Assembly: GCA_046760505.1 (NCBI GenBank)
Contig: JBHIEG010000006.1
Coordinates: 20,924-84,923 of the forward strand
Length of the DNA: 64,000 bases
Source of the DNA: Candidatus Hydrothermarchaeota archaeon
GTDB taxonomy: Archaea > CAYFZR01
Reading direction: 5' to 3'
The first letter of the stretch is position 1, and each line of letters begins with the position of its first letter. Positions 28,008-38,351 of this stretch are shown in pieces. The notes below the pieces were generated by a model. It saw only the letters and a list, made by a program, of their open reading frames with translations, searched no databases and was not told where the DNA came from. Both the position numbers and the translations under genes were made by a program.

Positions 28008-28262
28008 TTGAGTAAGGAAGAATCAAAACCATACATCGTAGAAACTTTTTCTTTGGAGGAAAGCGGTATATGCGACGAGTGCGGTCATAAGGGAGTGGTC
28101 CTTTTTTGTACTCCTTGTGACAGATATTTATGTGAGGTCTGCTACCACAACCATTCTGTGAGCGATGAAGAAATGCACTGGAAATGGAAGAACAATACTA
28201 TATGCTGGTCATCTAATGATGAACCTATTGAAAAGTTAAAAGAGGAAGAGAAAGAGGAATAA
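28008..28262 (+). CDS. Small B-box-type zinc finger protein
   Basis: CDEC...FCTPCDRYLCEVCYHNH. Confidence 0.65.
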   Translation: MSKEESKPYIVETFSLEESGICDECGHKGVVLFCTPCDRYLCEVCYHNHSVSDEEMHWKWKNNTICWSSNDEPIEKLKEEEKEE

Positions 28263-28263
28263 C

Positions 28264-29166
28264 TTAGACCGCCACTTCTAAATCCAATTTTTCAACGAGT
28301 TCCTTGTATCTGTTTCTTACAGTTACCTCTGATGTTCCAGCTACACCAGCAACTTCTTTCTGAGCTCTTCTCTCGCCTTGTAGAACGCTGGCAATGTATA
28401 TTGCGGCTGCTGCAATTCCAGTTGGGTCTCTACCCGCAATCATTTCTTTTTCTATTGCCAGTTTTATTATGTCAATTGCCTTTGATTGAACTTCTCCAGA
28501 AAGACCTAATTCGCTGGAAAATCTGGCTACATATTCAATAGGACTTGTTGGCATGAGTTTTAATCCCAATTTCCTACCCAGTAGCCTATAGATCTTACCG
28601 AGTCTCTTCTTATCTATTCTGGCTGCCTCAGCAATTTCACCCATGCTTCTCGGTACCTTATGCTGTCTGCATGCAGCGCAGAGAGCTGCTGCTACCACAC
28701 TCTCTATGGATCTTCCTCTAATTAAATCACTTTTTACCGCTTTTCTGTAGGTTAGAGCAGCGGTTTCCTTTACATGTCTTGGAAGATTCAATTGCGATGA
28801 GATGGATTCCAGTTCTGAGAGGGCGAAAGCAAGATTTCTCTCCGTTGCATCGGATAATCTAACCCTCTGCTGCCACTTCCTCAACCTGTATAGTTTGGCT
28901 CTCTGACCTGGCGCGAGCTCGTTACCTCTTCCATCCTTTGTACTGAGGTCTATTGTAGTAGAGAGGCCTTTATCGTGCATCACATAGGTCATGGGGGCTC
29001 CTACTCTACTCTTAACAACCCATTGATGATGGTCGTGAGCCCTCCATTCTGGACCCGTATCAATCATATCGTGTTCAAGAACAAGCCCGCAGGATTTACA
29101 GATTAGTTCCCCTCTTTTCTCGTCCTTCGCTACCTTAGGACTCCCACACTCCGGGCATTTTTCCGT
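28264..29166 (-). CDS. tfb: Transcription initiation factor IIB; proposed ACG start
   Basis: Zn ribbon CPECGS...CKSCGLV in frame upstream of IDTGPEWR; [24 protein letters not shown]; in-frame TAG at 29170-29172. Confidence 0.95.
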   Translation of the reverse strand, partial: TEKCPECGSPKVAKDEKRGELICKSCGLVLEHDMIDTGPEWRAHDHHQWVVKSRVGAPMTYVMHDKGLSTTIDLSTKDGRGNELAPGQRAKLYRLRKWQQRVRLSDATERNLAFALSELESISSQLNLPRHVKETAALTYRKAVKSDLIRGRSIESVVAAALCAACRQHKVPRSMGEIAEAARIDKKRLGKIYRLLGRKLGLKLMPTSPIEYVARFSSELGLSGEVQSKAIDIIKLAIEKEMIAGRDPTGIAAAAIYIASVLQGERRAQKEVAGVAGTSEVTVRNRYKELVEKLDLEVAV

Positions 29167-29412
29167 TTTCTACACCTCCATCTTATTATTAATGTGTTTG
29201 TACTTCTTTATAAAACTTATGTTTCTCCTATACCCCAACGTGATTGTAATATATAAGTCTTTCGGTATAGATATAGATAGATAACCTGCAGAGAATTTTT
29301 GTATAACAAATTTTGCATGATGAATGAAATATAGGGGAATAAAAAACAAATGAAACAAGATTGATTTGATAATTTTATATAACTTTTATATAACTTTATA
29401 TGGATGATCTGA

Positions 29413-31860
29413 ATGGATGAAACGATTACTGAAAAATTTTATCCACTCGATGTGGATTATTTCACAGAAAATGGAAAACCAGTGATTCGAATATACGGAA
29501 AAACTCTAGAAGGAAAAAGGATAGTTGTTTTGGATAAACAATTCGAGCCCTACTTTTACGTTATTCCAGAGGAAGATTCGGATACTGATGAATTAATCAA
29601 CAGGATTATGGAAGTTAAGGTAGAAAATGCAGAGATTGTAAGGTGTAGCCCAAGGATAATGAAGGAACTAGGCAAAGACGTTCGAGTTATAAAAGTCCTT
29701 GTGAGCCATCCTCAAGATGTGCCTAGGTTGAGAGAAATCGTCTCTGATGTAGAAGGAGTAAAGGAAGTGAGAGAACACGATATACCATTTCATAGAAGAT
29801 ATTTAATAGATTCAGGCATCAAACCCATAGAAAAAACTGAAATAAGAGGCACGAAGCTGAAAAAAGATTATAGAGCAGATGTTATTTTGGAAAAGGTGGT
29901 AAATGAAATAGGTAAAGATAGATTAAATAAAAATAACGATGGGGATTTTCTATCTCATTTACACCTTTTAAGTTTTGATATTGAAGTTTACAATCCTTTT
30001 CTCTCTCCCCGTAGCAAAAAAGATCCCATTATAATGATTAGTCTAGCAGACAATCTTGGCTACTCTTCCGTCCTGACTTACAAAGACGAAACAAGAAACG
30101 AATACGTTGAAGTTCTATCCAATGAAAAAGAGATAATAAAACGTTTCGTAGAAATCATAAACGAAAGAAATCCCGATATTCTGGTAGGATACAACACAGA
30201 TTTGTTTGATTTCGGCTATTTAAGAGACAGGGCTGAAAAATACAAGGCAAAACTTGATTTGGGGATAGATGGAAGTGATTTAAAGTTTGAGAGAGGGGGT
30301 TATGGTTCCAAGGCAAAAATAAGGGGAAGACCGCACATAGATCTGTATCCTGTTATAAGAAGATCGTTTAGGCTTAGTAAATACACCCTAGAAGATGTTG
30401 CTGAAGAACTGCTTGGTAGAGAGAAAACAAAAATCTCAGTAAAGGAAATATTCAGATGCTGGGATGAGGGCGGAGAGAAACTCAAAGAACTGATTCAGTA
30501 CTCTTTAGAAGATGCCCTAGTTACGCTTGAAATAGGAGAAAACATCATTCCATTGCAGCTCGAGTTGTGTAAGATAGTTGGTCAAACACCCTTTGATATT
30601 GCAAGAATGACTTCGGGTCAGTTGGTTGAATGGCTACTCATAAAAAAAGCTCACGAATACAATGAAGTCGTACCAAACAGACCTAGAGGCAGAGATTTAA
30701 TCGAGAGAGAGGCTGAGAGCATAGTAGGAGGTTACGTAAGGCAACCAGAGAAAGGTTTGCACGAAGATATCGTTCTCTTTGATTTTAGAGCACTTTATCC
30801 AAGCATAATCGTTACCCACAACATAGATCCATCAACCCTTAATTGCGAGTGCTGTGAAAATGAAAATGTCGCTCCAAAATTAGGCTATAGATTCTGTTTA
30901 AAAGAAAAAGGCTTCATACCAAGGATACTTGAAGACCTCATAAAGAAGAGAGTGGAAATAAAGAATTCCATCAAAAAAGAGGAAGATCCTACCAAAAGAA
31001 GAATCCTAGATATACAGCAACAGGCACTAAAAATACTGGCAAACTCTTTTTACGGCTATATGGGCTACCCTAGGGCGAGATGGTACTGTAAGGAAGCTGC
31101 AGAGAGCGTTACTGCATGGGGGAGGTATTACATTCAGGAGACCATAAAGACGGCTGAAAAATTCGGGTTGAAGGTTGTTTATGGAGATACTGACTCTCTG
31201 TTCTGCAAAGCTAATGGTATGAGTTCTGAAAAAATAAATGACTTTGTAAGGCAAATCAATTCTAATCTTCCTGGAATTATAGAACTTGAATACGAAGGAA
31301 GATATAGAAGGGGGATTTTTGTAACGAAAAAGAGATATGCAATGGTAGATGACCAAGGAAAGATGATTGTTCGTGGCCTAGAACTCGTAAGAAGGGATTG
31401 GGCAGAGATTGCAAAAGAGACACAGAAAAAGGTTCTTGGAGCAATTCTAAGAGAAGGATCACCAGAAAAGGCTGCTGAGATTATAAGAAACGAAATAAAG
31501 AGAATAAAAGAAAAAAATGTGGACGTTGAAGATCTGATAATATATACTCAGTTAACAAAAGATATTTCAGAGTACAAAACTGATGCACCGCACGTGACTA
31601 TCGCGAAGAGAGCCAGGAAAATGGGAATGGATATCTCACGAGGCTCCATAATAGGTTATGTCGTAGCAAGAGGAGACGGAAAAATAGGCGATAGAGCTCT
31701 TTTAGTAGATGAAATCGAAAAATTCGATTACGACCCAGATTACTACATTGATAATCAGCTTCTTCCAGCCGTCCTGAGGATAATGGAGGCAGTGGGATAC
31801 ACCGAGAAAGACTTGAAGACGGATAAGGTACAATTCAGCCTAGATATGTTTAGTGATTGA
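29413..31860 (+). CDS. polB: Family B DNA polymerase
   Basis: ExoI FDIE, GYNTDLFD, DFRALYPSII, KILANSFYGY, YGDTDS, KKRY; no intein. Confidence 0.97.
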   Translation: MDETITEKFYPLDVDYFTENGKPVIRIYGKTLEGKRIVVLDKQFEPYFYVIPEEDSDTDELINRIMEVKVENAEIVRCSPRIMKELGKDVRVIKVLVSHPQDVPRLREIVSDVEGVKEVREHDIPFHRRYLIDSGIKPIEKTEIRGTKLKKDYRADVILEKVVNEIGKDRLNKNNDGDFLSHLHLLSFDIEVYNPFLSPRSKKDPIIMISLADNLGYSSVLTYKDETRNEYVEVLSNEKEIIKRFVEIINERNPDILVGYNTDLFDFGYLRDRAEKYKAKLDLGIDGSDLKFERGGYGSKAKIRGRPHIDLYPVIRRSFRLSKYTLEDVAEELLGREKTKISVKEIFRCWDEGGEKLKELIQYSLEDALVTLEIGENIIPLQLELCKIVGQTPFDIARMTSGQLVEWLLIKKAHEYNEVVPNRPRGRDLIEREAESIVGGYVRQPEKGLHEDIVLFDFRALYPSIIVTHNIDPSTLNCECCENENVAPKLGYRFCLKEKGFIPRILEDLIKKRVEIKNSIKKEEDPTKRRILDIQQQALKILANSFYGYMGYPRARWYCKEAAESVTAWGRYYIQETIKTAEKFGLKVVYGDTDSLFCKANGMSSEKINDFVRQINSNLPGIIELEYEGRYRRGIFVTKKRYAMVDDQGKMIVRGLELVRRDWAEIAKETQKKVLGAILREGSPEKAAEIIRNEIKRIKEKNVDVEDLIIYTQLTKDISEYKTDAPHVTIAKRARKMGMDISRGSIIGYVVARGDGKIGDRALLVDEIEKFDYDPDYYIDNQLLPAVLRIMEAVGYTEKDLKTDKVQFSLDMFSD

Positions 31861-32554
31861 AATGATAAAATGCGTTTTTTTCGATGTAGATGATACTTTA
31901 TTCGATAGTACTGGACTCACTGAAAAGGCTAGAAGAGCAGCAATAGAAGCCATGATCGAAGCCGGACTTCCTCTCAGCCTCGAAGAGGGATACGAGTTAC
32001 TCATGGAGATCGTTAAGAAATATGGCAGCAACTATGGAAAGCACTTTGATGCCCTATTAGATGATTTAAAGATCGGTTGGAATCCAAAGATCATAGCAGC
32101 AGGAGTTTATGCGTATCATAGAATCAAATTCGCCTACCTGAAGCCTTTTCCCGATGTTATTCCGACGCTCATAGAATTGAAGAAGAGGGACCTAAAACTT
32201 GGTATAATCTCTGACGGCAATCCTGTGAAGCAATGGGATAAAATAATCCGTCTCGGCCTTCAAAATTTCTTTGATGTAGTAATAACATCTGAGGAGGCTG
32301 GAGCAGAGAAGCCTGATTTAAAAATTTATGAAGTAGCATTGGAAAAATCTAAATGTGAGCCAAAAAACAGTGTTATGGTAGGCGATAGGATAAGGAAGGA
32401 TATACTTGGAGCCAAAAGAACAGGTATGCTTACCGTTAGATTTTTACACGGAAAATACAAGGATGAAAAGCCTTTTTCAGAAGAAGAGAGGCCTGATTTT
32501 CAAATAAAAAGTTTTAGGGATCTTATTGATATAATAGATAAATTAAACCGATAA
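31853..32554 (+). CDS. HAD-superfamily hydrolase (archaeal TIGR02253-like)
   Basis: FDVDDTL, ISDG, KP, VGDRIRKD. Confidence 0.9.
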   Translation: MIEMIKCVFFDVDDTLFDSTGLTEKARRAAIEAMIEAGLPLSLEEGYELLMEIVKKYGSNYGKHFDALLDDLKIGWNPKIIAAGVYAYHRIKFAYLKPFPDVIPTLIELKKRDLKLGIISDGNPVKQWDKIIRLGLQNFFDVVITSEEAGAEKPDLKIYEVALEKSKCEPKNSVMVGDRIRKDILGAKRTGMLTVRFLHGKYKDEKPFSEEERPDFQIKSFRDLIDIIDKLNR

Positions 32555-32656
32555 AAACAAATACGCAAATTTTCCAACAATTTTGTTTAAGAAATATTTA
32601 TCTTTTCTTTCGGCCAGATCCTTTTTCATAACTAAAAAAATTGCGGCTGGATTCGT

Positions 32657-33046
32657 ATGCCCGTTAAAAAAGTAAAAGATATTATGTCGAGAGATATTGT
32701 TTTTGTCTCATCGAACGCGGATATAAAGGAGATAATCAGAACCATGATAGAAAAAAATATACACAGCGTCGTAGTAAGAGAAGGATTATACTTCAAGGGA
32801 TTCGTAACCGATGATGACGTCTTTGATGCACTGAGAACTCTTATATTAGATGGCTTTTTGCCCAAAAGAACTGCAGATTCTTTGATATCATCTCCCACAA
32901 TAAAAATAGACCAAGAGAACACTGTTGAGGAAGCCATACTTACTATGGCGAGAAACAACGTCAAATATCTTCTAGTGGAAAAAGAAGGAAATGTAGTAGG
33001 ATTGGTCTCAGTCACAGATCTCCTAAAAATGTACATAGAAGAATAA
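32657..33046 (+). CDS. Tandem CBS-domain protein
   Basis: VKDIMSR...GFVTDDD; GLVSVTDLL. Confidence 0.88.
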   Translation: MPVKKVKDIMSRDIVFVSSNADIKEIIRTMIEKNIHSVVVREGLYFKGFVTDDDVFDALRTLILDGFLPKRTADSLISSPTIKIDQENTVEEAILTMARNNVKYLLVEKEGNVVGLVSVTDLLKMYIEE

Positions 33047-33766
33047 TTACCCTTCAATTAGCCTCAATATGTTTCCTGAAAGAATTTTTTCAAACTCTTT
33101 TCTTTTTAAATCGAGATCTAATATTTTCTTTAATTCATATTCCTGAGATCCGTATGGAAAATCCGATCCGAATAAAATTCTATCTACTCCAACGAGTTTT
33201 ATAGCATAGTTTATTATTCCCCTACTTGCCAAGGAAGTATCAAAGTAGACGTTCTTCTTTCTTTTAAAAGCCTCTAATACTCTGATATGGCCTCCATTCA
33301 ACATCCCTATGTGAGGAATTATTACGTTTAAATCGGCATTTTCCTCTATAAAGGATACGGTATTCTCATATTCCTCCTCTAAGTTAACAGGAAGACCTAA
33401 TTCTTTTATTTTTTCAAGCATCTTTTTACAAGATTTGCTTTCGTAGTCGTATTCTGGCTCGTTTAGGTGTCTGTGCCACTTTATTCCCTTGTAGTCTTCT
33501 AGATTGGGCGGAATTATGTAGTCTCTCCAGACGAAATAAAAAGGATATATATGCCTTTTAATTCTAGATTTCTCAAGTACGTATCTGTTGGATTCTATTC
33601 TTGACTTAGGAGTATCCAAGATTCTATACTGGTCTTCAGGAAAAGGAAATATGACAGCACCATCTATGTTTAACCTGTCTAAGTTTTCTATAATCCTCTC
33701 TATTGGATAATGAATTGTCTTACTACCACAGTGAACATGCGCATCTATTATGAGGGGATTGGACAT
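33047..33766 (-). CDS. Amidohydrolase family metal-dependent hydrolase
   Basis: IDAHVH, PHIG, YFDTS, LFGSDFP. Confidence 0.88.
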   Translation of the reverse strand: MSNPLIIDAHVHCGSKTIHYPIERIIENLDRLNIDGAVIFPFPEDQYRILDTPKSRIESNRYVLEKSRIKRHIYPFYFVWRDYIIPPNLEDYKGIKWHRHLNEPEYDYESKSCKKMLEKIKELGLPVNLEEEYENTVSFIEENADLNVIIPHIGMLNGGHIRVLEAFKRKKNVYFDTSLASRGIINYAIKLVGVDRILFGSDFPYGSQEYELKKILDLDLKRKEFEKILSGNILRLIEG

Positions 33767-33818
33767 TGCCCTACATTTAACCTGAGTATATTTTTATATT
33801 CTTTTTAAAAAGATAACC

Positions 33819-34538
33819 TTGATGGCTGATAAATTACTTGAGGTAAATAAAATTAACGTCTTTTATAATGGGTTGCAGGTGTTATGGGATATTTCATTAA
33901 ATGTGGAGGAAGAAGAAATTGTTTCTCTCGTTGGTCCAAATGGAGCGGGCAAGACAACTGTTCTTAAAACGATTCAGGGTCTTATTCATCCATCAAATGG
34001 AGAGATCAAATTTCTCGGAAAGAGAATTGAGCACTTATCATGCCATGAGAGGGTTGATATGGGAATAACATATGTCCCCGAGAAGGGGGGAATATTCTTA
34101 GACATGACGGTCAGAGAAAATCTTGAACTGGGCGCGTATTCGCCTGCTTCTAGAGAAAAAAGGGATGAAACTCTCGAATACGTCTACGAACTCTTTCCCA
34201 TGCTCAAAGAGAAAGAGAGCAAAATTGCAGGATCTTTAAGTGGAGGCATGCAGAGGATGCTTGCCATTGGAAAAGGTCTAATGTCAAGGGCCAAGATTTT
34301 ACTTTTAGATGATCCCTTCTTGGGACTTGCCCCAAAATTGATCCTAAAACTTTATGGAACCATAATGGATATCAACGAAGCCGGAGTTGCAATCTTGCTG
34401 GTTGGACAACACGTCTCTCTCATCTTAAATTTATCAGATAGGGCATATTTGATGGAAGCAGGAAGAATCACGTTAGAAGGCAGGGGAGAGGAACTCTTGA
34501 ATGATGAACACTTAAGGAGAACTATGTTTGGCGTTTGA
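33819..34538 (+). CDS. LivF-like ABC ATPase (orphan)
   Basis: GPNGAGKT, LSGGMQRML, LLLDDP. Confidence 0.88.
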   Translation: MMADKLLEVNKINVFYNGLQVLWDISLNVEEEEIVSLVGPNGAGKTTVLKTIQGLIHPSNGEIKFLGKRIEHLSCHERVDMGITYVPEKGGIFLDMTVRENLELGAYSPASREKRDETLEYVYELFPMLKEKESKIAGSLSGGMQRMLAIGKGLMSRAKILLLDDPFLGLAPKLILKLYGTIMDINEAGVAILLVGQHVSLILNLSDRAYLMEAGRITLEGRGEELLNDEHLRRTMFGV

Positions 34539-34571
34539 TACTTTATTAAAAATTAAAAGGAGGTATTTTTT

Positions 34572-35033
34572 GTGACTAAAAAACCAAGTGCGACTGAAAT
34601 ATTTAAGAACGCTTGCCTTGCATGGGCTTACGGAATGCAATTTACGCTATCAAATTATCCTGAGACTAAAAGGATTTTACTCTCTAAAAGCGGTGATATC
34701 TGGTTAAAATTTCAGAGTGAGACATCCAACATAGAAATTCAAAAGGGCTCGCCAATAGAAGTAGCAAAAAAATACGTAGAAGACTGTACAAGAGCAGGAT
34801 ACAACAAACCGGAGGACTTCAAGATATACGGAAACGATGAAAAGATAGAGGTAGAGATTTACGATTGCTTCTATAGCCCCATATGTAATTTGTTGAAAGA
34901 AAAGGATGTACCGGTAACTTGTCCCCGTACCAATATACTAGAGGGAGTTATTCATAGAGGGAGCGAGAAAAAGTACATTTCCATAATAAAGGTGGGTAAA
35001 AAGTGCTGTAAGGGAACTCTATTTAGATGGTAG
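34572..35033 (+). CDS. V4R/MetOD1-like Cys-containing ligand-binding protein
   Basis: IYDCFYSPIC...TCP...CC spacing typical of V4R-like folds. Confidence 0.55.
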   Translation: MTKKPSATEIFKNACLAWAYGMQFTLSNYPETKRILLSKSGDIWLKFQSETSNIEIQKGSPIEVAKKYVEDCTRAGYNKPEDFKIYGNDEKIEVEIYDCFYSPICNLLKEKDVPVTCPRTNILEGVIHRGSEKKYISIIKVGKKCCKGTLFRW

Positions 35034-35035
35034 AT

Positions 35036-36130
35036 TTAGGTTATCAGTTGTTTGAATACATTTATGAGGCTTCTGAGCCATCTTATCACGGCTGAACTAG
35101 GTTCCTTTTCGGGGGTTTCAGGTTTTTTAGTTTCTTTCACTTTAGGTATAGTTTTTTTCTCTAAAGGCTTCTCTTTAGTTTCAACTTCTTTAAATGAACC
35201 TACGGTAAAATTCAAGTAACTCGTTTTCAGCGTGTGCTTAAGGCCTTTTTCATCCCAGTAAGTTATTGTGGCTGGTTTTAATGAATATGTTCCGTTTTTA
35301 GATGCTTTAATATAATAAAAGAAGTATTTTTTCTGCTTAGATTTCAAAAAACCAGACCATGCTATTTTACCCCTTACAACCTCTAAGTTATCAGGCGGAT
35401 AGTTGTCTTGAGCGTATACAAAGGCGCTTCCATTACCTACATTATTTATTTCAAAATGAACATAGATCAATTTATCTTTTCTCGGGTTTTTCGGGAATAT
35501 AGTTCTGTTAAACTCCAATTTCACATTCGTTGGTTTTCTAAATACGACCATTAGATCTTTCTTGGTTGGAAACAACTCTCCTCTATCTAGCTTGGTTTCG
35601 TAGATTAAATCCGTATAACTTTCGTTCCAGATTACTTTGTTCGGCTCAGGATACAAATCATAGATACCTGCCCAATCTGGTAATCTTACAGTTATTTTTA
35701 AATTATCGATCGAGTACCCAAAAGCCTTAAATCTTGTATAAAATAAAACATTTTCTTCCCCTAAAGAGACCAGATCCGGAGTTCGGTACATTATATGGAT
35801 TTTGCGAGTATCTCCAAAGGTAAGGGGGTATCTCGGATATTTATTGTAAAGTAATTTTAGAACCGTAAAATTGCCCATGTGATAGATTACAGGATCCATT
35901 TTACCTTTATTATCTGAACAGTTGTAGATAAATGCAGAGGGACTTGGTAGTGTTAGATAGATAAAATCTAAAGACGCATTAAGTTCCTTTATTTTAACCG
36001 TGGTATTGATCTCTACCTTAGTTATACATGTCTTTCCGTTCGGCTCGAGCAGAATATTGTAGTCATAAAATACCTTTCCACAAGTAATTCCAACCATTAG
36101 AAGAACCAATAGGAATGGTAAGTACTTCAT
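35036..36130 (-). CDS. Secreted protein with BatD/DUF11-like Ig domain, co-directional with the pilin cluster
   Basis: Signal peptide; EINNVGNGSA, GTYSLKPATITYWD. Confidence 0.7.
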   Translation of the reverse strand: MKYLPFLLVLLMVGITCGKVFYDYNILLEPNGKTCITKVEINTTVKIKELNASLDFIYLTLPSPSAFIYNCSDNKGKMDPVIYHMGNFTVLKLLYNKYPRYPLTFGDTRKIHIMYRTPDLVSLGEENVLFYTRFKAFGYSIDNLKITVRLPDWAGIYDLYPEPNKVIWNESYTDLIYETKLDRGELFPTKKDLMVVFRKPTNVKLEFNRTIFPKNPRKDKLIYVHFEINNVGNGSAFVYAQDNYPPDNLEVVRGKIAWSGFLKSKQKKYFFYYIKASKNGTYSLKPATITYWDEKGLKHTLKTSYLNFTVGSFKEVETKEKPLEKKTIPKVKETKKPETPEKEPSSAVIRWLRSLINVFKQLIT

Positions 36131-36135
36131 CTTAC

Positions 36136-36567
36136 CTACCTTACCGTATAACTAGCGGTAGAACCTTCTTTGCATGATACAACTATGAGATCTCCCTCTG
36201 ATAGCGTAGTTGTTTTATTTGTGCCTATTTCTCCAGGTGTTAGTATGCCTCTTGTTTGGGCGTTTATAAGAGCCCCTCCAACGCCGTTTATGTATACCTT
36301 TACATCGGTTGCATTCTTCGTTCCGGAATTTTTTACCATTATTATGTTGTTCTTCGAGTTGTAATCGAGTATCATTAAAGTTATATCAGTAATCTTTGAC
36401 TGGGTTTCAGTATTATCCTGAATACCTGATTGGATATTAGTAGTATAAGAGGTGAGCCAAACATGAAAAACTCCTGCTATCGCTACAGTGATACCTATAA
36501 CCAGTATAGCCGCTACTATAGGGCTTACTCCCCTTTCTTCTCTTATTATTTTAACTTTACATTTCAT
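36136..36567 (-). CDS. Archaeal type IV pilin
   Basis: Class III signal ERG/VSPIVAAILVIGITVAIAG; KNSG motif. Confidence 0.9.
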   Translation of the reverse strand: MKCKVKIIREERGVSPIVAAILVIGITVAIAGVFHVWLTSYTTNIQSGIQDNTETQSKITDITLMILDYNSKNNIIMVKNSGTKNATDVKVYINGVGGALINAQTRGILTPGEIGTNKTTTLSEGDLIVVSCKEGSTASYTVR

Positions 36568-36576
36568 TTTACCACC

Positions 36577-37476
36577 CTAAAAGATATAGGAGAAGGAAAT
36601 AGGTCTTACCGTAACTTCATTGTTTTCAAGATTTGATGGATCGTTTAAATCTATGTTTAGCGTAAATCCTCCGTAAGGTCCTATGGAAGGAGAGTCAGAG
36701 TATTCTATACCGTAAAGGGTAGGTCTCCACGTTACCGAATTTGTATTTGGATCTACATTGAATGTTATCTGCGTTATTGTTATACCTGCTACGGCATCCG
36801 TTACGGTAATGGTAAAGGATCCGGAGTTGCTCGGAGTTGCTAGAGTATACTCGAAAACCCATTCTGTATAGGCGGTAACGGTTTCTCCATCGTTTAAAGT
36901 AGTAGATTTAGTCATTGCAAAATCAAAATCATGATCATCTGGATTAGGAGTCTTTATTGTCCATTGAGTATCCACATCTGTCTTTCCGGTCCTCCTTACG
37001 TCAGATAGGAATTTCTTCGTAACAACGGTTTCCTTGGAACTCACTATTATGGAATCGCCTTTGACTGGATAAAATACGGTGGTAACATTCCCCAATTCTA
37101 TAAAACCTGATTCTCCTTCTGCTAAGGTTGTTATTGTATTTCTATTTACGTCTTTTATGGGCAATTCTTTCGTTCCATCGCTCGTCACAAGAACTGATGT
37201 AAGGTTAGTCAACGTAATGGTGCCCTGATTGTATACGGTTACGATAGGGTAGGCGCCATCTTGAACAAGATCAGGCAACTTTAAGTCTATATCTGCTAGA
37301 GTAGTAATTTCCTGTCTCTCGATATCTTGCTGAATGCTTGCTTGCGTAGAGGTCTGTACCATTGATATCCATACAAATGCAATTCCTATGAGTGCTACAG
37401 TTATCATTAGCAATAAGAGAGTCGCTACTATGGGACTTACTCCCTTTTCGTCTTTTAACAGGTTTATTTTTTTCAT
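36577..37476 (-). CDS. Large type IV minor pilin/adhesin
   Basis: EKG/VSPIVATLLLLMITVALIG; Thr-rich C-terminal domain. Confidence 0.88.
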   Translation of the reverse strand: MKKINLLKDEKGVSPIVATLLLLMITVALIGIAFVWISMVQTSTQASIQQDIERQEITTLADIDLKLPDLVQDGAYPIVTVYNQGTITLTNLTSVLVTSDGTKELPIKDVNRNTITTLAEGESGFIELGNVTTVFYPVKGDSIIVSSKETVVTKKFLSDVRRTGKTDVDTQWTIKTPNPDDHDFDFAMTKSTTLNDGETVTAYTEWVFEYTLATPSNSGSFTITVTDAVAGITITQITFNVDPNTNSVTWRPTLYGIEYSDSPSIGPYGGFTLNIDLNDPSNLENNEVTVRPISFSYIF

Positions 37477-37487
37477 GTGATCACTTG

Positions 37488-38351
37488 TTATGGTGGATAA
37501 TACTTCAGGCAGATTCTGACGAGATCCCAACTGATATCATCAAGATTTCCTTCTTGGTTGACACCGATAGTAAGGTTATTATTCACCTGAGGAGTTGGCC
37601 ATGTGTTTAAACTCGTGCTGTTGAACCAGTATGTCACATTACTTATGGTGTTTCCGGCAAAACTCTTATTTTCATTTATAACCTCGTCAGAGTCCATGGC
37701 ATAAATGGAGTCTCGTCTGCCGTTTTTTTGCCAAGAAACTATGTGGAGTTCTACGTCAACCTCGGTAATGTTTGCACCGTTTGGAATGTTAAGGAAGTAT
37801 ACGTATGTTTTGGACAGGTTGCCACCGGTGGTATTGAATATTCCGGATTCAAGATCTCCGCTACACCAGATCGATAGTGCCGCGGATGGAGGAGAAGGCA
37901 CGACCACTGCTCTTACTTGAGGAGAGACATCCATGCGCCAGTCATCTTCCATACTGAACACGTAGATCATATCTCCTAGCGAAATGTTCCTGCTAAATTT
38001 TACATTTATTTCGTTTCCTACATATAATGCATCAAAATGAGCATCTTCATGGGAGAACCATTTAAAACTTGTCCAGTAGCAGTGTATAACAGATACATCA
38101 TGTAGGGTAACGGATCCGGTATTCTTTATACTTATGCTCTTGTTTCCGGGATAGACAGATGTGAATTCTATATCAGCGCTCCTTTCCATCTCCATTTTTT
38201 CGTTGTATCTTTTGCTCACCTCGCTTAATCTATAAGAGACATTTGAAATTTGTGTTACAGAAAATAAAACGGCAATCATAAGTAAGCCAAATATTATTAC
38301 GAATATGATCGGCTGATAAACCCCCTTCTCTTCGTAAAGCATTTTTTCCAC
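37488..38351 (-). CDS. Pilin-like protein
   Basis: EKG/VYQPIIFVIIFG hydrophobic N-terminus; IKNTG motif. Confidence 0.75.
   Translation of the reverse strand: MEKMLYEEKGVYQPIIFVIIFGLLMIAVLFSVTQISNVSYRLSEVSKRYNEKMEMERSADIEFTSVYPGNKSISIKNTGSVTLHDVSVIHCYWTSFKWFSHEDAHFDALYVGNEINVKFSRNISLGDMIYVFSMEDDWRMDVSPQVRAVVVPSPPSAALSIWCSGDLESGIFNTTGGNLSKTYVYFLNIPNGANITEVDVELHIVSWQKNGRRDSIYAMDSDEVINENKSFAGNTISNVTYWFNSTSLNTWPTPQVNNNLTIGVNQEGNLDDISWDLVRICLKYYPP

Noticed and set aside
29170-29181. TAG read-through (pyrrolysine or recoding) in ATG GAG GTG TAG at the start of tfb
   Set aside because: TAG is an ordinary stop for tfs, cdhD, cooC and the thermosome gene in this window, no pyl genes are seen, and GGAGGTG is better explained as an SD
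29413-31860. Intein in polB
   Set aside because: Length and motif spacing are normal, with no insertion
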